Shown here: positions 9,165-16,811 of the stretch, in pieces
Layout of the letters: every line of letters starts with the position of its first letter
Position numbering within the stretch: the first letter of the stretch is position 1
Source of the DNA: Dehalococcoidia bacterium
GTDB lineage: Bacteria > Chloroflexota > Dehalococcoidia > GIF9 > AB-539-J10
Length of the DNA: 44,489 nt
NCBI GenBank assembly: GCA_003567655.1
Contig: PWZA01000008.1
Span: 1-44,489 of the forward strand
Direction: 5' to 3'
Notes under the pieces: generated by a model
The model's database searches: none
What the model saw: the letters and a program-made list of their open reading frames with translations, nothing else
What the model was told of the DNA's origin: nothing
Translations under genes and position numbers: made by a program

Positions 9165-9920
9165 CTACGGAAAAGCTCCGCCATCGATTGTGATAACCTG
9201 TCCCGTTATATAGCCTGCTTTCTCACTAGCCAAAAAGGCTACTAGTTCGGCCACGTCCTCGGGTTGCCCCAGTCGCGCCAGCGGAATCAGGGACAGCAAA
9301 CCATCCCGCGTCTCCTGAGGGAGCCTATTCGTCATATCGGTCACGATGAAGCCGGGAGCGATGGCATTGACGGTTATGTTTCTTGAACCCATCTCGCGGG
9401 CCACGCTCTTGGTAAAGGCGATAATACCCCCCTTGGAGGCAGCATAGTTACACTGTCCGGCATTTCCTACCCTTCCGACAACAGAGGAGATACTGATCAC
9501 TCGTCCCCACTGCTGCTTCATCATATGCCTGACGGCATGTTTGGTACACAGGAAGGCTCCTTTCAGGTTGGTCTCTATCACTGCATCCCAGTCATCATCG
9601 GACATCCTGAGTAGAAGGGTGTCCTTGTTGATGCCGGCGTTGTTGACGAGGATATCGATCCTGCCCCATTTCTCAGCCACCTGCTCCACCATGGCCTTCA
9701 CGGCATCGCTGTTGCGGATATCGGCTTCCACAGGCATCGCCTTGCCGCCTGCATCAACTATGCTCTGCACAACTTCCCCTGCATCGTCCCTGTTACTGGG
9801 CTCGATTTCCACATAGTTGACTGCCACCATGGCACCCAGGCTGGCCAGCTTGAGGGCGATGGCTCTGCCTATGCCGCGGGAGGCACCGGTGACAAGAGAT
9901 ACCTTACCTTCCAGTTCCAC
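9165..9920 (-). CDS. fabG: 3-oxoacyl-ACP reductase
   Basis: TGASRGIG, NNAGI, GNAGQCNYAASK and APGFIVTDMT; FAS context. Confidence 0.92.
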   Translation of the reverse strand: MELEGKVSLVTGASRGIGRAIALKLASLGAMVAVNYVEIEPSNRDDAGEVVQSIVDAGGKAMPVEADIRNSDAVKAMVEQVAEKWGRIDILVNNAGINKDTLLLRMSDDDWDAVIETNLKGAFLCTKHAVRHMMKQQWGRVISISSVVGRVGNAGQCNYAASKGGIIAFTKSVAREMGSRNITVNAIAPGFIVTDMTNRLPQETRDGLLSLIPLARLGQPEDVAELVAFLASEKAGYITGQVITIDGGAFP

Positions 9921-9929
9921 AGTTCTTCC

Positions 9930-11207
9930 TTAGCTAACACGCCTGAGAACGAGACAGCAATTCTCACCGCCCAGGCCGAAGCTGTTCTTGAGAATCAGGT
10001 TCACCTGAGCCTGGCGGCCTGTGTTGGGAACGTAGTCCAGGTCGCAGTCGGGATCGGGCGTTTCGTAATTGATGGTCGGGTGGATGTAACCCTTGTTCAT
10101 GACCAACAGGGCAGCGATGGTCTCAACGACACCGGCTGCGGTGATTATATGGCCTATCATGGACTTGGTCGAGCTAATAGGCACATTATAAGCATGATCT
10201 CCGAGAACCATCTTGATGGCCTGGGTCTCGCAGGCATCATTAAGCTTGGTGCTCGTTCCATGGGCATTAATGTAATCGACATCTTCCGGCTTCGCCCCGG
10301 CATACTCCAGTGCAGTGCGCATTGCATAAGCCTCGGAATCGGGAGCGGGAGCGGTCGAATCATAGGCATCGAACGACCACCCCACACCGGCGAGCTCGGC
10401 CAGGATATTAGCTCCCCGTTTCACAGCGTGGTCATAGCTCTCGAGCACGATCAGCCCGGCGCCCTCACCGTAGACAAAGCCGTTGCGATTGAGGTCGAAT
10501 GGTCGGCAGGCCTTAGCGGGATCGGCCTCCCGGGACAGAGCTCCCAGAACATCTATTCCCGCCACACTTACAGGCTCAAGGCTGGAGTCGGACGCCCCCG
10601 CTATCATCACATCGGCATAGCCGAGTCGTATGAAGTTAGCGGCGGTACCTATGGCATCTGTACCGCTGGCACAAAGGCTATTGACAGCCCCGTTGGGACC
10701 CTTTGCTCCCAGCATCATCCCCACCTGCATCGATGCTCCGCTAGGGGTCGACCTGGTGATGAAGAGAGGATCAGCCCTCCTGGGACCGACCTTTAGATAG
10801 GTCTCCCATCCCCTGACCACATATCCCTGCTCTGTCATGGTGGATATCGTAACGCCTACGCGCTCAGGATTCTCCTGGCTCATGTCCAGTCCGGACGACT
10901 GTACAGCTTCCCTTGCGGCAGCAATGGAGAACTGAATGGTCCTCGAGGTGCGGTCGACTACCTTCAGATCCATATACTTCTCGGGCTCAAAGTCCTTCAC
11001 CTCGGCATTCACTTTAACTCGAAAGGGGGTGGGATCGAATCGGGTGATGGGGCTGAAGGCCGGCTTGCCCGCGGCAAGACCCTGCCAGAACTCGTCCGCA
11101 CTTAGCCCCAGCGGGTTGACAGTGCCCATGCCGGTGATTACCACCCTCGGTATCTTCATAGTTCCCCAGGAACTCACAGACCTCTCGGAAAACTCCGGCG
11201 TGCTCAT
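9930..11207 (-). CDS. fabF: Beta-ketoacyl-ACP synthase II (divergent)
   Basis: RVVITGMG, Cys-His-His triad (SLCASG, NAHGTST, KSMIGH) and NSFGLGG; alternative start at 11159. Confidence 0.88.
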   Translation of the reverse strand: MSTPEFSERSVSSWGTMKIPRVVITGMGTVNPLGLSADEFWQGLAAGKPAFSPITRFDPTPFRVKVNAEVKDFEPEKYMDLKVVDRTSRTIQFSIAAAREAVQSSGLDMSQENPERVGVTISTMTEQGYVVRGWETYLKVGPRRADPLFITRSTPSGASMQVGMMLGAKGPNGAVNSLCASGTDAIGTAANFIRLGYADVMIAGASDSSLEPVSVAGIDVLGALSREADPAKACRPFDLNRNGFVYGEGAGLIVLESYDHAVKRGANILAELAGVGWSFDAYDSTAPAPDSEAYAMRTALEYAGAKPEDVDYINAHGTSTKLNDACETQAIKMVLGDHAYNVPISSTKSMIGHIITAAGVVETIAALLVMNKGYIHPTINYETPDPDCDLDYVPNTGRQAQVNLILKNSFGLGGENCCLVLRRVS

Positions 11208-11980
11208 TCTCCCCCTTTTCCGGCGGCCGCGAACAACCCAACCGAAGTGCCTCCATCGACAACTACGGTCTGTCCCCTTATCATAAAAGCTTCTTCGCTA
11301 CACAAGAAGGCGACAACGTTAGCGACATCTTCGGGGCTGACCATTCTTCCCGCCGGAGTCAAGTAATGGCTGGCATTTGCCAACCCCTCCTTAAAGTAAA
11401 ACTTCAGGGCGTCTGTCTCAACTGCTGAGGCAGCAACAGTGTTCACGCATATGTTCTGAGATGCCAGCTCTATCGCCAGGTAGCGGGTCAGGGCTTCCAG
11501 TGCCGCCTTCGAGACTCCGACGACGGTGTAATTGGGTAATACATAGAGCGAACCAAGGCTGGATATGCTGACCACTTTGCCACCCCGTCCCTCCATCAGC
11601 TTTGCCGCCCTCTGAGTGAAGAGCAAAAGGGCCCTGGCGTTGATGTCCATCGTCCATTCCCAGGCCTTGGTATCCACCTCCATTACCGGCCGGCCTACCC
11701 CGGAAGCAGCGTTGCTAATCAATATGTCGAGGCGCCCGAACTTACTCTCGATCGTGTCGAACATCTCGTCGATCTTCGCCGGGTCTCCCACGTTGGCCCG
11801 TATGGTCTCAGCCTTAACTCCCAGCGCCTCGATCTCCCTGGCCGTTTCCGCAGCGCTCTCGCGGTGGCGGAAGAAGTTCACGATCACATCGGCACCCTGC
11901 GAGGCGAGCTTCAGGGCAATTGCCTTACCGATCCCCCGCCCACCGCCTGTGACCAGGGCAAGCTTCCCGTCCAGGGACAT
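11204..11980 (-). CDS. fabL: Enoyl-ACP reductase, FabL type (SDR)
   Basis: Closely matches recalled B. subtilis FabL motifs: ANVGDPAKI, NAASGV, NYTVVGVSKAALEALTRYLA, TPAGRMV and MIRGQT. Confidence 0.88.
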   Translation of the reverse strand: MSLDGKLALVTGGGRGIGKAIALKLASQGADVIVNFFRHRESAAETAREIEALGVKAETIRANVGDPAKIDEMFDTIESKFGRLDILISNAASGVGRPVMEVDTKAWEWTMDINARALLLFTQRAAKLMEGRGGKVVSISSLGSLYVLPNYTVVGVSKAALEALTRYLAIELASQNICVNTVAASAVETDALKFYFKEGLANASHYLTPAGRMVSPEDVANVVAFLCSEEAFMIRGQTVVVDGGTSVGLFAAAGKGGE

Positions 11981-11982
11981 TG

Positions 11983-12231
11983 TTACACCTTCCCCGCTTC
12001 AGCTACTTTGCCTTCCACATAAGAGACGAAATCGCCGAAGTTCTCGAACTTCTGGGCTACTTCATCAGGAATCTCGATCTCAAAGAGTTCCTCTACTGCC
12101 ACGAGTGCCTGCACCACGTCCAGGGAATCGGCCTTGATATCCTTGAACGTGCTTTCCCGGGTGATTATGCTCTTATCAACGCGGGTGATCCTGGCCACTA
12201 TGTCTCTTATTTGCTCTTCGATATTGCTCAT
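11983..12231 (-). CDS. acpP: Acyl carrier protein
   Basis: 82-aa acidic protein with ADSLD phosphopantetheine site and EELFEIEIPDE. Confidence 0.93.
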   Translation of the reverse strand: MSNIEEQIRDIVARITRVDKSIITRESTFKDIKADSLDVVQALVAVEELFEIEIPDEVAQKFENFGDFVSYVEGKVAEAGKV

Positions 12232-13277
12232 AACTTACCCCCTTGGTTTAATTTTGCCAGTTCCGTCTTCAAGCTCTCAGTGGTCTTTACTTTCACCGAG
12301 TTCTTAGCACTTTCTATCGCGTTGGCGATATGAGGCGCCCGGCTAGCCCCATGGGCTATCCTCACAACCCCATCAATGCCCCATAGGATTCCACCACCAC
12401 CTTTCTCGGTGTCAGTCGATATCCTGGTTGCCTGAAAAAGCTTATTGAACAACAGTTTAACCGAAAACCCCACTAATGGGTATTTTCTAAGCCTTCTCTC
12501 TGTCCATCCGCGGGCGTGACCCCCGACGCTTTCATAGAACTTAAGTAGCACGTTGCCTACGAATCCATCGCAGACGATTACATTAGCTTTGCTGCTTAGG
12601 ATTTCATTGCCCTCGATGTTGCCGACGAAGTTCAAGCCGCTCTCCTTGAAGAGAGCGTGAGCCTCCCGCACCGCTTCGCTTCCTTTGCTCTCTTCTCCGC
12701 CTGTGCTAAGCAGACCTATAGTGGGGTCGGAGATGTTTAGGAACTTCCTGGCATAGACAGATCCGACGATGGCGAATTCCAGGAACTGATGCGGTTTACA
12801 GTCGACATTCGCTCCCAGGTCCACCATGACGGTATTCGGCGCAAAGCTGCCCAGAGCGCCGACGATCGCCGGTCGGTACATTCCCTCCAGCATGCCGATA
12901 TACTGAATCGCGCTTACCGCTGCCGCGGCACTCGATCCTGCGCTCACGAAGGCATCCGCCTCACCGGACTTCACCAGCCTGGCTGCTACAGCTACAGAGC
13001 TATCTGGTTTGTGGCGGATGGCGGCGACGGGGGTTTCATCCTCGCCGATAAAACCGTCAGCTGCGATAATATGTATCGCCGAGTTGTTGGTGGACCTGTG
13101 TTTATCCAGATGGTTTTGCAGCAGCTCTGCCGCACCGACCAGGAAGACTTCTACATCATCTTGCTGTGCTGCAAGTACTGCACCCTTAACGACTTCCTCG
13201 GGGGCGTAATCACCCCCCATGGCGTCCACCGCCACTCTCACTCTGCTGTTCTGAGATACGTCTCTATTTCTGGCCAC
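12228..13277 (-). CDS. plsX: Phosphate acyltransferase PlsX (divergent)
   Basis: VAVDAMGGDYAP, DLGANVD, FVGNIEG, CDGFVGNVLLK and HGAS. Confidence 0.9.
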   Translation of the reverse strand: MARNRDVSQNSRVRVAVDAMGGDYAPEEVVKGAVLAAQQDDVEVFLVGAAELLQNHLDKHRSTNNSAIHIIAADGFIGEDETPVAAIRHKPDSSVAVAARLVKSGEADAFVSAGSSAAAAVSAIQYIGMLEGMYRPAIVGALGSFAPNTVMVDLGANVDCKPHQFLEFAIVGSVYARKFLNISDPTIGLLSTGGEESKGSEAVREAHALFKESGLNFVGNIEGNEILSSKANVIVCDGFVGNVLLKFYESVGGHARGWTERRLRKYPLVGFSVKLLFNKLFQATRISTDTEKGGGGILWGIDGVVRIAHGASRAPHIANAIESAKNSVKVKTTESLKTELAKLNQGGKL

Positions 13278-13686
13278 GTGATAACTTCGCTGTTGCCTCC
13301 CCTGCGACTACTACTTCATCCTTCTGATTGCGGACCTCAAAACCGCAATTTGCATATGATACACCATCTTTCACTTCAAGGGAATTCACGATGGAACTGA
13401 TAGTGAGAGTGTCTCCGGGACGCGCCACCTCCTTAAACTTGGCGCGGAGCTTACCGCAGGACAGCCAGTCTTGACCGAAGGAGAGCGCCATCATGTCTGA
13501 CACATACGCCAGGTTAAGCATGCCGTGTGCAATCGTGCCGCCGAATGGAGTCTTAACAGCAAAGGATTCATCCACGTGTATGGGGTTAAAGTCACCTGAT
13601 GCCTCGGCATAAAGGTTGATCTTATCCTGGGTGATATGCTTCACCACTGGATCCAGGGCCATTCCCTCGTGAATATCTGTAAGCAT
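13264..13686 (-). CDS. MaoC-type (R)-hydratase/dehydratase, catalytic subunit (HadB-like)
   Basis: Hydratase-2 motif YAEASGDFNPIHVD and IAHGML. Confidence 0.88.
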   Translation of the reverse strand: MLTDIHEGMALDPVVKHITQDKINLYAEASGDFNPIHVDESFAVKTPFGGTIAHGMLNLAYVSDMMALSFGQDWLSCGKLRAKFKEVARPGDTLTISSIVNSLEVKDGVSYANCGFEVRNQKDEVVVAGEATAKLSRGQK

Positions 13687-13687
13687 C

Positions 13688-14089
13688 TCATTCCTGAGGG
13701 GGCAAGGCTATGGTGGCCTTCCCTGATTGCACTCTCTCTCTGTCCTGGTCAAGTATGTCCAGCTCAAGGATAAGCATGCCCATCTTTCCTCGAGCAATCT
13801 TCTGTGCCACCCTGATCTGACACTCTACCATAGCGCCGATAGGGATCTGCTTGAAAAACCCGAGATCCTGCGAGGCGTGGATAGCCACAGTGTCGGGCGG
13901 CAATGATATAGACCCTGCCATAGTGGCGATGGCACAGGCTGTTATGGCCAGGGGAGGTACGAATCCATCGCTCGCGCCGTCCACGGCCCTCACATACTTG
14001 GAAACGAGCGACTCGCTCAGTTCATAGCTGATTCGGGGAAATTCGTAGCCGGGTACCAGTTCTTCGTAGCTAACAGTCTTGCCCTGCAT
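13688..14089 (-). CDS. MaoC N-terminal-type hot-dog protein (HadA-like partner)
   Basis: 133 aa with YVRAVD...VPPLA...IHASQDLGF pattern; 1 nt from the MaoC gene. Confidence 0.7.
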   Translation of the reverse strand: MQGKTVSYEELVPGYEFPRISYELSESLVSKYVRAVDGASDGFVPPLAITACAIATMAGSISLPPDTVAIHASQDLGFFKQIPIGAMVECQIRVAQKIARGKMGMLILELDILDQDRERVQSGKATIALPPQE

Positions 14090-14132
14090 TCGTCCCCTTA
14101 CCGATAGTACATCGGATAACTATGTATGGTAA

Positions 14133-14160
14133 ATTATACACGAGCCCGCATTATTGTCAA
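14133..14160 (-). promoter_or_regulatory. Sigma70-type promoter of the FAS operon
   Basis: Consensus TTGACA-N16-TATAAT on the minus strand. Confidence 0.75.
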
Positions 14161-14201
14161 CATTGCAGGGCTTAGATGATTACATACGGGACCATGACTC
14201 G

Positions 14202-14276
14202 TGGTGGGCTCGGCAGGGTTCGAACCTGCGACCAACCGGTTATGAGCCGGCCGCTCTGCCACTGAGCTACGAGCCC
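14202..14276 (-). tRNA. tRNA with CAT anticodon, probably Ile2 (lysidine); elongator Met not excluded
   Basis: Cloverleaf GGGCTCG...GCCGG-CTCATAA-CCGGT...GTTCGAACC...ACCA; paired G1-C72, so not an initiator. Confidence 0.9.
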
Positions 14277-14324
14277 GTACCCTCTGCCATTACGACCCGG
14301 GCTGTCATGGCAACAGGACTTCTC

Positions 14325-14399
14325 TGGAGCGGGAGACGGGACTCGAACCCGCGACACCCTGCTTGGAAGGCAGGAACTCTACCACTGAGTTACTCCCGC
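14325..14399 (-). tRNA. tRNA-Gly(TCC)
   Basis: GCGGGAG...CCTGC-CTTCCAA-GCAGG...GTTCGAGTC...TCCA; U73 discriminator. Confidence 0.96.
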
Positions 14400-14411
14400 A
14401 AATCTGAACCT

Positions 14412-14440
14412 ATTTTACCCGAAATAACATGATGGGTAAA
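14412..14440 (-). promoter_or_regulatory. Candidate promoter of the tRNA pair
   Basis: TTTACC-N17-TAAAAT ending 12 nt upstream of tRNA-Gly; also forms a TTTACCC/GGGTAAA inverted repeat. Confidence 0.5.
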
Positions 14441-14541
14441 CTGATGGTGCTGGGTAACTCTCTCACCCCAACAGTACTCGCAATGGGTGTAACTCAGGAT
14501 CACAGCTTCTGCTTGAATCTGGCCTCCGCTGCGGGATTGCC

Positions 14542-14952
14542 TTAAGCGCGTGGTCTGACGTAATCCTTGACCCAGCCTACTATCGTATCGAGTGACGTAC
14601 CCGGCAGGAACACCTCTTTGATACCAAGCTTCTTGAGCCTGGGGATGTCTTCCTCGGGTATGATGCCTCCACCTATGACCTGCACGTCGTCCAGCTTGTG
14701 TTCTTTAAGCAACTCGATCACGCGCCCGAACAGATGTATGTGCGCTCCAGAGAGACAGCTCAACCCGATCAGGTCGACATCCTCCTGCAAAGCAGCAGCT
14801 ACTATCTGTTCCGGCGTCTGGTGAAGACCTGTATAGACCACCTCAAAGCCGGCATCTCGAAAAGCCCTGGCAATCACCCTAGCCCCGCGGTCATGGCCGT
14901 CCAGCCCGGGCTTGGCTACCAGTATCCTCATTCTTCTTGCTGAGTCTGCCAT
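14542..14952 (-). CDS. Acyl-CoA mutase small (cobalamin-binding) subunit
   Basis: [12 protein letters not shown] (DxHxxG), GLSCLSGAH and GGGIIP. Confidence 0.95.
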   Translation of the reverse strand: MADSARRMRILVAKPGLDGHDRGARVIARAFRDAGFEVVYTGLHQTPEQIVAAALQEDVDLIGLSCLSGAHIHLFGRVIELLKEHKLDDVQVIGGGIIPEEDIPRLKKLGIKEVFLPGTSLDTIVGWVKDYVRPRA

Positions 14953-15120
14953 TTCGTCAACCTCACTTTCAGGTGATCGTCCGGTCGGCGGAGAGCAGCC
15001 CCGCCGCTACATCCAGTTCGACTTCACCCTGAGCCTTTCCGGTCAGGGGAGAGTATAATTCTCTGGCTTCACACACCCCGGCCCTCTCGCATCCGATGAG
15101 AGGAGCACACGAGTCACAGG

Positions 15121-16800
15121 CTAGTAGTATCCGGGATCTCTATACTCACCGAAGACCTCACGCCACACATCACAGATCTCCTGCTCGGTGGCATATTCCT
15201 TAACCGCCGCTATCACGTAAGGCATCAGATTCTTGTCCGTCCTGCAGGCAGCACGCAGGTCGCTCAGGATCTGGATCACCTTGCGGTTATCCCGTGCGCT
15301 CTTTACTTCCTTCAGCCGGGCTATCTGCTTCTCCTCAACCCTCTCATCCAGCTTGAGTGTCTCGGCGGAAATGCCGTCCTCTGTGACATATTTGTTGATC
15401 CCCACCACGACTTTCTCTCCGCTATCAACCTGCTGCTGGTAATGATAAGCCGCATCGGCAATCTCCATCTGGGGAAAACCTCTGTCGATGGCGGCAAGCA
15501 TGCCTCCCATATCATCTATCTTGTTGATATACTCCCAGGCCTTTTCCTCCATCTGGCTGGTCATTGATTCCACAAAATACGAGCCGGCCAGCGGATCTAT
15601 GGTGTTGGCAACGCCGGTTTCATCGGCCAGGACTTGCTGGGTGCGGAGAGCGATAGTAACGGCAAAATCCGATGGCAAAGCCAGTGTCTCATCAAGGGAG
15701 TTGGTATGCAAAGACTGGGTTCCTCCCAGTACGGCAGCCAGGGCCTCGGTGGTAGTCCTTACAATATTATTGTAGGGCTGCTGGGCGGTTAGAGAGCAAC
15801 CCGCGGTTTGAGTATGAAATCTCATCCACAAGGAACGGGGATTCTTGGCTTTGAACCTCTCTTTCATAACCCTGGCCCACATCCTCCTGGCCGCCCTGAA
15901 CTTGGCTATCTCCTCGAAGAAATCGAGATGAGAATTGAAGAAGAAGGACAAACGTGGGGCAAAGGAGTCGACATCCAACTTCTTTCTTTCCAGCACATCC
16001 TCTACATAGGCTATCCCATCGGCAAGGGTAAAAGCCAGTTCCTGAATGGCAGTCGAGCCTGCCTCCCGAATGTGGTAACCGCTAATGCTTATGGTGTTCC
16101 AGGCCGGAACATGCATAGCCCCAAACTCAACGGCATCGCTTATGAGCCTGATCGACGGTTCAGGCGGAAGCATGAAGGTCTTCTGGGCTATGAACTCTTT
16201 AAGCATATCGTTCTGAATCGTGCCCCCGATCTTGTCCCAGCTGATCCCAGATCTGTCGGCGACACCTAAATACATCGCCCACAGTACAAGGGCAGGGGGG
16301 TTGATGGTCATCGACGTAGTCACGTCCTCAAGAGGGATCCTATCAGTCAGGATCTCGAAATCCCTCAGCGTATCGATGGCCACCCCACACTTCCCACACT
16401 CGCCCCGGGCTCGAGGCGAATCGGTATCGTACCCCATCAAGGTCGGGAAGTCGAAGGCGGTGCTCAGTCCGGTCTCACCCTCCTTAAGCAGGTGATGCCA
16501 TCTCTTGTTCGTGTCCTCGGCGCTGCCCATGCCGGAGAACATGCGGAACGTCCACTCCCTTCCGCGGTACATCGTAGGCTGACATCCTCTGGTAAAGGGA
16601 AAGATCCCCGGATACCCGATATCTCCGGCAAAGCTCAGATCCCTGACATCTTCCGGAGTATATACGGCCTTTATCTCGAAATCGGAAACCGTTGAGAATC
16701 TCTCTTTCCTCTCCGGCTTCTGCTTTCTAATCTTTTCTGCTTCTTTCTCCCACTCTTTCTTACCCTCCCGGGTCTCTCGCAGAGTCTTGTCCGTGAACAT
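15121..16800 (-). CDS. B12-dependent acyl-CoA mutase large subunit (isobutyryl-CoA mutase-like)
   Basis: PFTRG, GLSTAFDFPT, IQNDMLKEF, ISISGYHIREAG and GGTQSLHTNS; ATG 16800 with AAGGAG RBS. Confidence 0.92.
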   Translation of the reverse strand: MFTDKTLRETREGKKEWEKEAEKIRKQKPERKERFSTVSDFEIKAVYTPEDVRDLSFAGDIGYPGIFPFTRGCQPTMYRGREWTFRMFSGMGSAEDTNKRWHHLLKEGETGLSTAFDFPTLMGYDTDSPRARGECGKCGVAIDTLRDFEILTDRIPLEDVTTSMTINPPALVLWAMYLGVADRSGISWDKIGGTIQNDMLKEFIAQKTFMLPPEPSIRLISDAVEFGAMHVPAWNTISISGYHIREAGSTAIQELAFTLADGIAYVEDVLERKKLDVDSFAPRLSFFFNSHLDFFEEIAKFRAARRMWARVMKERFKAKNPRSLWMRFHTQTAGCSLTAQQPYNNIVRTTTEALAAVLGGTQSLHTNSLDETLALPSDFAVTIALRTQQVLADETGVANTIDPLAGSYFVESMTSQMEEKAWEYINKIDDMGGMLAAIDRGFPQMEIADAAYHYQQQVDSGEKVVVGINKYVTEDGISAETLKLDERVEEKQIARLKEVKSARDNRKVIQILSDLRAACRTDKNLMPYVIAAVKEYATEQEICDVWREVFGEYRDPGYY

Positions 16801-16811
16801 GTTCAACTCCT

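Noticed and set aside
14154-14432. ORFs over the tRNA pair, and the tRNAs as an integration site
   Set aside because: The ORFs are tRNA shadows; I saw no integrase and no duplicated tRNA 3' end.
14953-15120. Cobalamin riboswitch, SRP RNA or hammerhead ribozyme in the mutase spacer
   Set aside because: Core motifs (GGGAA/GCCACTG, CAGG..GGAA..AGCAG, CUGAUGA..GAAA) are not present in the required order; kept only as an unassigned structure.
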